64,000 nt of DNA from a virus. Taxonomy: Duplodnaviria; Heunggongvirae; Uroviricota; Caudoviricetes. Where the stretch lies: IMG/VR virus record IMGVR_UViG_3300021400_000932; one strand, given 5' to 3'. The notes beneath the pieces are model-generated. The model searched no databases. It saw only the letters and a program-made list of their open reading frames with translations, and was not told the DNA's origin. Shown in pieces: positions 25,159 through 32,671 of the stretch. The position numbers were made by a program, and so were the translations under genes. The stretch's first letter is position 1, and every line of letters begins with the position of its first letter.

Positions 25159-25353
25159 TTAGCATTCATCGCAACAGAGAGTTACACGACCGTCTGATTC
25201 GCAAATATCAGTAACATTCCCACCAGCGGTTGCGTATCCGCAATCGTAAGTGCATAACAATTCGATGATGCTATCTTCATTATAAGTTTTGAGCTTTTCA
25301 ATCAATTCTTTTACTTTCATAATTGCCGCCATCCTATTACTATATTGTATCAC
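25159..25353 (-). CDS. small Cys-rich protein
   Basis: 64-aa ORF; AATCGTTAT motif upstream. Confidence 0.4.
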   Translation of the reverse strand: MIQYSNRMAAIMKVKELIEKLKTYNEDSIIELLCTYDCGYATAGGNVTDICESDGRVTLCCDEC

Positions 25354-25434
25354 ATTGTATATAACGATTATAAAAATAGAATTACCGCCTACAATCCGAA
25401 ATTGGAAAGTAGACGGTATTGAAAATATTTTGTA

Positions 25435-27027
25435 TTATGTATTTGAAATGTCGGATACCTGTGTTGGGATATCTGTAGTAGGAACGTCATTCACATGAAC
25501 CGCTACATTATCACCGCCAAGTGCCTTAGCACCGAACAGACCGACAAGCAGGGACTTGAGGTCAAATCCCATAGATTCGCTCAGACCATCATTAACCTGA
25601 GTCAGTCCGTTGATAATCTGTCCGGTAAACTGACCTGCATCACCACCAAAAATCTTGATGGAATCAACAGAACTGAATCCACCTGCGATAGCCGAAGCAA
25701 TTTCCGGCAGCTTGTCAAAGTAGGCAACTGCCGCATCGAGAACCATCTGTTTCTGTGCAGCTTCGCCATACAGAGCCATAGCCTCAGCCTTTTCTTTCAA
25801 ACCTTCAGCCTCAGCAATCAGCTTAGCCTTTGCGGCCTCAGCCTCTGCATTACCTTTGGCGCGGATAGCATCAGCTTCTGCTAAACCAGCAGCACGAATA
25901 GCCTCTGCATCCTGTTCCTTTGCGAAACGTTCAGCCTCCGCAGATGCCTTTTTAGCCGATGCACTCTGCTGTGCCTCATACATCTGAGCATCTGCATCCT
26001 GCTGGCGCTTGTACTTCTCAGCTTCTGCATTACGCTGTTCTGTGTAAAGTTCAGCATCAGCTTCCTGCTGTGCAGCAAACTTATCAGCTTCTGCTTTCTT
26101 CTTGATTTCGGCTTCAAGTCTACGCTCAGTAATCTTTACCTCACGTTCTTCAAGTTCAATCTGCTTTTCCTGACGAGCAAGGTTCGCATCAGCTTCTGCA
26201 ATTTCCTTGGACTTGCGCTGATTCTCAGCCTCAATGCCCTTGGCCGCCTCTGCCTTTGCAATCTTGATGTCCTGCTGTTCCTTGAGTTCAGCCTGCTTGA
26301 TAGCAAGCGCATTCTCTTTAATAGCAATTTCAGTCTGGGCCGCAATCTCAGCATCATTAGCTTGCTTCTGTGCATCCGCCTGAGCAATAGCTACCTCTGC
26401 CCTTGCGCGTGCTGCAGCAATAGAGGCATCCTTTTTAATCTGTTCAGTATTCTCAATACCGAGATTGTCAATAACCCCATTCTGGTCAGAGAAGTTCTGA
26501 ATATTAAAAGTAGTGAGCTTAAGACCCATATCTCGAAGATTCGGACTGACATTCTCAGTAATCTTCTCAGCAAGTACTTTCTTATCTCCGCGAATTAAAT
26601 CAGTCAGCGGAATCTGAGAAATGATTTCACGAATGTTACCCTCTAAAATCGGGGTAATTTCAACCCGAATTTCTTCTGTAGTACGACCTAGGAATTTAGA
26701 AGCCGCAATCTTCAGAACCTCTGGGTCTTGGTCAATAGACATATTGGCTACAGCATCGACACGAATATTGATTGCATCCTGTGTCGGAATCTCACTCTTA
26801 GAAACAAAGTCAACCTGAATGTTTTCGAGTGACATAAAGTCCACTCTCTGAAAAAATGGGATTACAAATTTCGCCCTACCGATATAAGTCTTTGCACCTC
26901 TCGGACCAGTAACAACCATAGCTCGGTTGGGTGGGCATTTTCGATAGCACACCTTAAAGATAAGGACCAACAGAAAAAGAACTACAATGCCTGCGATAAC
27001 TGGGGTAAGAATTTGCCATGGAACCAT
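25435..27027 (-). CDS. flotillin-like SPFH/band-7 protein (FloT/YqiK-like)
   Basis: N-terminal transmembrane helix, SPFH core (NRAMVVTGPRGAKTYIGRAKFVIPFFQRVDFMSLENIQVDF), long Ala/Glu-rich coiled coil (AEAE repeats), C-terminal domain; 530 aa. Confidence 0.8.
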   Translation of the reverse strand: MVPWQILTPVIAGIVVLFLLVLIFKVCYRKCPPNRAMVVTGPRGAKTYIGRAKFVIPFFQRVDFMSLENIQVDFVSKSEIPTQDAINIRVDAVANMSIDQDPEVLKIAASKFLGRTTEEIRVEITPILEGNIREIISQIPLTDLIRGDKKVLAEKITENVSPNLRDMGLKLTTFNIQNFSDQNGVIDNLGIENTEQIKKDASIAAARARAEVAIAQADAQKQANDAEIAAQTEIAIKENALAIKQAELKEQQDIKIAKAEAAKGIEAENQRKSKEIAEADANLARQEKQIELEEREVKITERRLEAEIKKKAEADKFAAQQEADAELYTEQRNAEAEKYKRQQDADAQMYEAQQSASAKKASAEAERFAKEQDAEAIRAAGLAEADAIRAKGNAEAEAAKAKLIAEAEGLKEKAEAMALYGEAAQKQMVLDAAVAYFDKLPEIASAIAGGFSSVDSIKIFGGDAGQFTGQIINGLTQVNDGLSESMGFDLKSLLVGLFGAKALGGDNVAVHVNDVPTTDIPTQVSDISNT

Positions 27028-27246
27028 AAGTAAATTTCCTCCTTAAATTTTTATATACTTATTTCCTATCTCTTCGCCGTTTGCACTAGAACAAAACACC
27101 GAGGCATTGCATCAAATACCAATACTGACAAGCAAATGCTTTCAGTAACTATCACCACCCTTTCTTTAATATATACAATATAACGATTCATATAAATAAA
27201 AATGCGGTATGGTTTAGCACCTTACCGCAGAATTTTCAGATTTTAT

Positions 27247-27543
27247 TTATTCTTGTTCAAATTTAGATGGGTCGATGTCACACAGAGCTTGCAGAGCTTC
27301 GGATACTTTGTCAGCTTTTTCACCATAACCACCGATAACCGAAGCAACAGCGCACACCCAAGCATCCGCACTCACTTCTTCTTTCCCCAGAGCCTGCCAA
27401 AACTCATCACAAGCGTCAGTAAGTTCTTCGCACTCTTGCTTTAGGTCAGAATTTGTTTTGATGATTGCCTTAGCTTTATCAAGGATTATCTGCTTTAATG
27501 AATTGAAATATGCACTTCTGTACATTTCTGTGAGAGCATCCAT
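27247..27543 (-). CDS. hypothetical protein
   Basis: 98-aa ORF. Confidence 0.4.
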   Translation of the reverse strand: MDALTEMYRSAYFNSLKQIILDKAKAIIKTNSDLKQECEELTDACDEFWQALGKEEVSADAWVCAVASVIGGYGEKADKVSEALQALCDIDPSKFEQE

Positions 27544-27558
27544 AACTTTATTCCTCTT

Positions 27559-28233
27559 TTATTCTACAATAAAAATATATCTGCTGCCTTTTCTTTCATA
27601 GAAAAGACCGTTAAAAGTATAACCTCTTGTTATTGCTTTTACGTCCTGTTCGGTATGACCGCCACCATAATTTGCCTCTTTGTCTGTTTTTGTGTCTATT
27701 TTCGTGATTGTATAATACTGCTCACCATCTATATCATGAGAACCATATACTTTATCTAAAAACTTTTTCTCAAAAGAAGTCATATACTTGAATACATCTG
27801 TCGGTTTCTTGATTTTTCTCATATCAATCTTTTCTTTTACAACTTCAACAGATTCAGACGGAGATTCAAGTTCAACTACCAAAGTATTTGGAGTTTCCAT
27901 ATACACATCAGACAATCCCCACTCAGCACCATCCGGATAGTCGCCATCCATATTAAGAGCTTGAACTAATGAATCCGCAAATTCAACTATATCATCTTTC
28001 GTAAAGAACTGTTCTGGGTCTACATCATATGCACCACCATAGTTAGCTGCATACACTTTGCCATGCTCCAAATAGGAATCTATCATAGACTTTACATGCT
28101 CTTCTGATTCTCCATACTGAACGTGACCTTTATCATCTACAAAGTAACACTTCTGAGGTGGAGTATCTTCCATCCCTATACTGTATCCCTTATATGTACC
28201 TATTTCTGAATTTGCTTTGATTACTCTTTTCAT
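27559..28233 (-). CDS. hypothetical protein with shared N-terminal motif MKRVIKANSEI
   Basis: 224 aa; its N-terminus is shared with the next two genes. Confidence 0.5.
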   Translation of the reverse strand: MKRVIKANSEIGTYKGYSIGMEDTPPQKCYFVDDKGHVQYGESEEHVKSMIDSYLEHGKVYAANYGGAYDVDPEQFFTKDDIVEFADSLVQALNMDGDYPDGAEWGLSDVYMETPNTLVVELESPSESVEVVKEKIDMRKIKKPTDVFKYMTSFEKKFLDKVYGSHDIDGEQYYTITKIDTKTDKEANYGGGHTEQDVKAITRGYTFNGLFYERKGSRYIFIVE

Positions 28234-28234
28234 A

Positions 28235-28789
28235 TCATTGTTCCTCTTTCTCCAACGGCGTCTTAAACACAGCTATCAAAGAATCTATGGTCGCTATAGT
28301 GTTATCAGACAGCAACATATTTTCTTTATTTTTGTTGTACCAGCTATATGCGGTAGACTCTGGGTCCTTTGCGGAAAAGCTATGCCAATCACAAAGCATT
28401 TCATATATAGCCGGTTCAGACATATCAAGAGGTCTGTACTTTGGTTCATCAGTGTCCTGTATTAACACCCAATATTGCCAATGGTGCTCATTGGCATTCT
28501 GGTGATGCACCCAAGCTAAATCAAAGGCATCTTTAGCCTCACCCTCATCCGGATGGTCACCATAGAACCACTCCGCATAAGCATTATATTCTTCTTCATC
28601 TGTTTTGGATGCATCATGAGCTTTCATACGGAAGTCCAATTCCTGTAACTCTTCTTCATCAATTCCCTGCTCAGCTAAGTACGGTCTTAAAATTTCAGAC
28701 CAAGCTCGCTGTACATTGCGGATATGGGAAAAGAGGTATTCGTCGTATTGCTGAAAAATATCGGAACTCGCTTTAATTACTCGCATCAT
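28235..28789 (-). CDS. hypothetical protein with shared N-terminal motif MMRVIKASSDI
   Basis: 184 aa. Confidence 0.5.
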   Translation of the reverse strand: MMRVIKASSDIFQQYDEYLFSHIRNVQRAWSEILRPYLAEQGIDEEELQELDFRMKAHDASKTDEEEYNAYAEWFYGDHPDEGEAKDAFDLAWVHHQNANEHHWQYWVLIQDTDEPKYRPLDMSEPAIYEMLCDWHSFSAKDPESTAYSWYNKNKENMLLSDNTIATIDSLIAVFKTPLEKEEQ

Positions 28790-28792
28790 GCT

Positions 28793-29056
28793 TCAATCTT
28801 CCTTTGGTTCTATTTCATCATATTCCTGAAGGAGCTGATTCAGCAACACAGTATGATTCTTTTCATCGGAAATAATTTCTTCTATTACCGCAAGCTGTTC
28901 ATCAGTCGCACCTACATCCTTCAGACAGGACAAAAGAACCTCATAATTCTTTATGGCGTCCTGTTCGCTCTGATTGTTCTCTGCAATCAATGCAGCAATA
29001 GAATTTTTGGATTTGTCATCATACTGCTTATCAGCGCCAAGAATAAATCTATACAT
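28793..29056 (-). CDS. hypothetical acidic protein
   Basis: 87 aa; starts MYRFILGADK. Confidence 0.4.
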   Translation of the reverse strand: MYRFILGADKQYDDKSKNSIAALIAENNQSEQDAIKNYEVLLSCLKDVGATDEQLAVIEEIISDEKNHTVLLNQLLQEYDEIEPKED

Positions 29057-29071
29057 ACAAAAATTACTCCC

Positions 29072-29530
29072 TTAAAATTCACCTACATAGTATGTGCTGT
29101 CATCGACATAGGTAGCTAGACCATCGGCACACATACCCTCTAAGGCTTTAAGCATCTGGAATGTAGACAAACCAATCTTGTTTGCGGAATAAGTTAATCC
29201 ACCAGGTTGATTTGCTTTTGCTATTGCCTTAGATATCTTCTGACCTTTATAAGTTCTGTATATCAAATCGCCATACTTCTTAGCTTCAACTTCACCGAAC
29301 CCGCGAGAGAAGTAACTATCTATATTCTCATATACCATATCGACAACCTTTTCAATGTCATCGTCGTTAAGACCTGGAATTTCTTTCCAAGCCAGTTCTC
29401 GAATCTCGGCATCAATATTATGTGCTTGTGCATCCTTGTAATTGACGATATTCATAACATCATTGAATATGTTATGAGCATACTTGTCAACATCCTCTAT
29501 GGTCAAACTTGCTTTTACATATCTATACAT
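29072..29530 (-). CDS. hypothetical protein with shared N-terminal motif MYRYVKASLTIED
   Basis: 152 aa. Confidence 0.5.
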   Translation of the reverse strand: MYRYVKASLTIEDVDKYAHNIFNDVMNIVNYKDAQAHNIDAEIRELAWKEIPGLNDDDIEKVVDMVYENIDSYFSRGFGEVEAKKYGDLIYRTYKGQKISKAIAKANQPGGLTYSANKIGLSTFQMLKALEGMCADGLATYVDDSTYYVGEF

Positions 29531-29536
29531 ATAAAA

Positions 29537-30073
29537 TCACACTCCGTAATTGCTATTGATGTAGTCGATAAATTCCTGCTGATACTTCGCAACACCATCC
29601 ACAAGGTCATCATACCTAACCACATTTTCCCAAGTGTCCGGACAAACAACATGACGACCACTTCTTCCGACATAGCCAACATCGGAAACACCATATTCCG
29701 CTTCAAACCTATCAATGAATTCATCAACAATATTCCAGTAAGTTCCATTATCTATATCCGCATCAATCTCCCAAAGGATACGACCGTCGGACAACTCAAG
29801 ATAAGTTTCTCCGCCCTCAGAATAATAATCGACCGGACGAGCCATCGCAAAATCATCATAAATCTGGCGAACATCCGCATCATCAAAATCATATGGTGGA
29901 TAATTATTTAAAACATCATCAATGAATTCATTGTAGTTGTCCCCATCTTCATCATAGTAATCCTCTATTGTTTCCAATATCTCATCAATACTATCATAAT
30001 CATTATACAACCAAGATTCAACATCAAATAACCTATCGCTGCTTAACATATTGAAATAGCACACCCCTTGCAT
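29537..30073 (-). CDS. hypothetical highly acidic protein
   Basis: 178 aa, rich in D/E/Y. Confidence 0.45.
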   Translation of the reverse strand: MQGVCYFNMLSSDRLFDVESWLYNDYDSIDEILETIEDYYDEDGDNYNEFIDDVLNNYPPYDFDDADVRQIYDDFAMARPVDYYSEGGETYLELSDGRILWEIDADIDNGTYWNIVDEFIDRFEAEYGVSDVGYVGRSGRHVVCPDTWENVVRYDDLVDGVAKYQQEFIDYINSNYGV

Positions 30074-30276
30074 AATTTGGAATTTTCATCTAATACAACG
30101 ATACCATTAGTATTATTGTATAGGGATACCGGCACAACATCTGTACCACAAAACATTTCATCGACTGTCCGAATTGCGGCAGAATCTGTATACTGGATAA
30201 AATCAAAGATGTGCTGATTGTGGTATTCATCAAAATATGTAAACCTATACTGCATTTTAATGAAATGAACCGCCAT
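30043..30276 (-). CDS. hypothetical protein
   Basis: 77 aa; extended -10 TGtTATAAT ~25 nt upstream. Confidence 0.4.
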   Translation of the reverse strand: MAVHFIKMQYRFTYFDEYHNQHIFDFIQYTDSAAIRTVDEMFCGTDVVPVSLYNNTNGIVVLDENSKLCKGCAISIC

Positions 30277-30344
30277 ATCTGCACCTCTATGAACATTCGA
30301 TTATAACAATTCCACTAAATATATTATAGGTTAGTTTTGACAAA

Positions 30345-30390
30345 ACAAGTATAACCGCAAGAGTAAAATCTACGCCTGCGGTTATTTTTA
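30345..30390 (-). terminator. probable intrinsic terminator (AACCGCAGGCG...CGCCTGCGGTT hairpin) downstream of 30395..30715
   Basis: 7-bp stem-loop directly after the stop codon, followed on the minus strand by a U-rich tract. Confidence 0.4.
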
Positions 30391-30394
30391 ATTC

Positions 30395-30715
30395 TTATTT
30401 ATTTCCGTCAGCAATCTTAGAGAAAAGAGGATTTCCACAAGCTACCGCTTTCGGTTTATATTCTCCGTGATACACATAGGTAACATAAGTAGATGTATTA
30501 CCATACCGGTCAGTAAACTCATGCGAAACACTTTCAATGTCGTATCTCTTTCGAAGATTAAAGATTATCGCACTGAGTCTTGTTGCACCATACAGCTCAA
30601 TAGCTTCCCAGATGGAAATTGAACCTTTCTCCTTTAAGTGGGCAAGGACTTTTGCTGTCTTTCCTTTCATTCCGACGTTTGCGAACTTTAACATCTCAAC
30701 TGTAGTTGTTTCCAT
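30395..30715 (-). CDS. hypothetical protein (possible winged-helix DNA-binding)
   Basis: 106-aa ORF. Confidence 0.45.
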   Translation of the reverse strand: METTTVEMLKFANVGMKGKTAKVLAHLKEKGSISIWEAIELYGATRLSAIIFNLRKRYDIESVSHEFTDRYGNTSTYVTYVYHGEYKPKAVACGNPLFSKIADGNK

Positions 30716-30732
30716 AAAATACCTCTCAGCAA

Positions 30733-31029
30733 TTAACCGGCACAGGGGTCCGGAATGATATCTGTACCACCGAGTTCTTCATACATGTGCTTGAAATCAT
30801 AATGGGTTTCATCCAGATGTTCTTCTAAGTCTGATACCTCAACATAGAAAGCATACATTCTATCTGCAACATCTTCATCCAATGTGTTATCGAAAGTATT
30901 CTTCAACTCTTCCGTCACCTTTCTGAGCTCTGTGAGGTCATTGACCATTTTTGCCATATCGGTAGAAATTTTCTTTGTCAATCTTCTTGCTTCTGCCAAA
31001 GAAGATGATTTCTTTTTTGTACTACTCAT
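30733..31029 (-). CDS. hypothetical protein
   Basis: 98-aa ORF. Confidence 0.4.
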   Translation of the reverse strand: MSSTKKKSSSLAEARRLTKKISTDMAKMVNDLTELRKVTEELKNTFDNTLDEDVADRMYAFYVEVSDLEEHLDETHYDFKHMYEELGGTDIIPDPCAG

Positions 31030-31053
31030 AAAATAACTTCCTTTCTTTTTATA

Positions 31054-31284
31054 CTACATCGCAAGCGAAAACATTATTAGACCACCAACAAATACCATTA
31101 TCAGTTGAATGATACCCATAATGATTCCAATTACAAATAGAACAAGTAGAATAGTTTTTATCTTATTCATAACATTCACCGAATTTAATCGTTTAGTCCA
31201 ATTTGATAAAATTAGGTATCTATGAAATGTGCCGGTATCTTCATCTTTTCGCCATCCGCATTTACGATTGTCAACTCTTTCCAA
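31054..31284 (-). CDS. small membrane protein
   Basis: C-terminal transmembrane helix ILLVLFVIGIIMGIIQLIMVFVGGLIMF. Confidence 0.4.
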   Translation of the reverse strand: MERVDNRKCGWRKDEDTGTFHRYLILSNWTKRLNSVNVMNKIKTILLVLFVIGIIMGIIQLIMVFVGGLIMFSLAM

Positions 31285-31859
31285 TAGTGACGAGTCACCT
31301 TTTGGTCTTTCAGCGAATCAGGTATCCTGAAAATGTCTTCATGGTCAATCCACACAGCACCGACAATCCAACCTTCGTCACAAAGCACGCACAGCTCCAT
31401 AGCCTGCGTTTTATGCAAACAGAATTCCCGAACCGTAATCGGATTTGGGTCATCAAACAAAACACCTTTATCTGTAAATACACCGTATTTGCCTGTAATC
31501 TCAAATGACTCTGATAGAGGTGTAAAACACAGTTTACCTGTATCTACCGGTCTACCATCTTCGGAAACAGAAATAGTGATATGAGGATGTTTGATGGTCT
31601 GGTATTCGGAAGATAATCTAGCATGAATCAGCGAAACCTCTACGCTTAGTCCTTGATTCTTTCTGTCACAGGCATATCCGGTTACAGTAAAGCATACCGG
31701 CTTGCCGAGCAAACTGGTGTCCACAGAACTCGGTTTAAAAGTAAATGTAACATGAGGATTTTTAATGATATTAGACAATGTTTCTTCTCCGACATACTTA
31801 GCAAATTTCTCGCTAAGTTCAGCAGCATCGAAGAAAACACCGGTATAGATATACTTCAT
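31212..31859 (-). CDS. possible 2H phosphoesterase (LigT-like) protein
   Basis: Two H-x-T/S-x motifs (HVTFTF and HITISV) ~55 aa apart in 215 aa; weak support. Confidence 0.35.
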   Translation of the reverse strand: MKYIYTGVFFDAAELSEKFAKYVGEETLSNIIKNPHVTFTFKPSSVDTSLLGKPVCFTVTGYACDRKNQGLSVEVSLIHARLSSEYQTIKHPHITISVSEDGRPVDTGKLCFTPLSESFEITGKYGVFTDKGVLFDDPNPITVREFCLHKTQAMELCVLCDEGWIVGAVWIDHEDIFRIPDSLKDQKVTRHYWKELTIVNADGEKMKIPAHFIDT

Positions 31860-31861
31860 AT

Positions 31862-32080
31862 TTACAAAACCTCCGTAAAAACATATATGACGAGAATAGG
31901 ACCATAATTAGATTGAATTAATTCAAAATTACGAATTTCACAATTAGCATAATCGCTCAAAATAGCATTGTATGCGCTATCCTTGAAAACAATTTCACAA
32001 TCGACAGACATGTAGTCTCGAATAATTACCTCTTGTCGTTCTGTGTATTTAAGAAAAGAACACAGTTCTAATACCGTCAT
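31862..32080 (-). CDS. hypothetical protein
   Basis: 72 aa; AATCGTTTAG motif and AAAGGTGG ribosome-binding site upstream. Confidence 0.4.
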   Translation of the reverse strand: MTVLELCSFLKYTERQEVIIRDYMSVDCEIVFKDSAYNAILSDYANCEIRNFELIQSNYGPILVIYVFTEVL

Positions 32081-32148
32081 AGTATAACCACCTTTCTAAC
32101 CCACTAAACGATTATGGTTTACAAAATTCCCACCGAATTACACCGCAG

Positions 32149-32604
32149 TCAAACAACAGCCGCACCATATCTTTCGATATTTGTTTTAACAGTTTTCTCT
32201 CGTTTCTTCTTATTTAGACATTCTGTAGAACAATAACCCCTAAACAAGATATTGCCTTTGCTTATCTTACTAGCTACAGCAGCACCGCAACATTCGCAGG
32301 TAGAAAAATGCGTAAAATTACCATCAAAGCCATCGCAATACTTGCGTTTTGACTTCTGATAAAACTGCTTACCGCCACGAATGATAGGATGTTTCGAAAT
32401 AAACGGTCTGCCGCAGTATTCGCATATCTTCATAAACTTCGCATCATCAGAATTTTCAATATCCTGTTTCAGTTTAGCAAATTCATCTATGCATTCTTGA
32501 CATACCGCACCAGATGTATCATTATTCAGTTGTTTTCCGCAGCTTACACATACCATAGTATCACCGAACATAAAAATATGGTGAGCCAGATACTGACCCA
32601 CCAT
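32149..32604 (-). CDS. Zn-finger + single ERYG-repeat protein, paralog of the N-terminal module of the 6841/7025-8530 gene
   Basis: CEYCGRPF...YCDGF...CECCG...ECLNKKKREKTVKTNIERYGAAVV aligns with CKFCGKEF...YCKGP...CPVCG...ACRAKKTRQTSMERYGCVAPG upstream of 7025. Confidence 0.55.
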   Translation of the reverse strand: MVGQYLAHHIFMFGDTMVCVSCGKQLNNDTSGAVCQECIDEFAKLKQDIENSDDAKFMKICEYCGRPFISKHPIIRGGKQFYQKSKRKYCDGFDGNFTHFSTCECCGAAVASKISKGNILFRGYCSTECLNKKKREKTVKTNIERYGAAVV

Positions 32605-32671
32605 ATATAACGATTGTCGATATTAAATTGTAAGGTATTTGTGCAACTTCTACAACAAACTTGCGAACAAA

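Noticed and set aside
25435-27027. Highly repetitive Ala/Glu-coding nucleotide repeats (possible CRISPR or tandem repeat)
   Set aside because: The repeats are in frame inside the flotillin coiled coil and are imperfect at DNA level. They are not a CRISPR array; there are no spacers, and no cas genes were recognised in the window.
29207-29911. 234-aa plus-strand ORF, plus other plus-strand ORFs such as 4313..4738, 33335..33622, 55583..55870 and 58465..58932
   Set aside because: They are shadow ORFs antisense to well-supported minus-strand genes, with low-complexity AT-codon composition and no start context.
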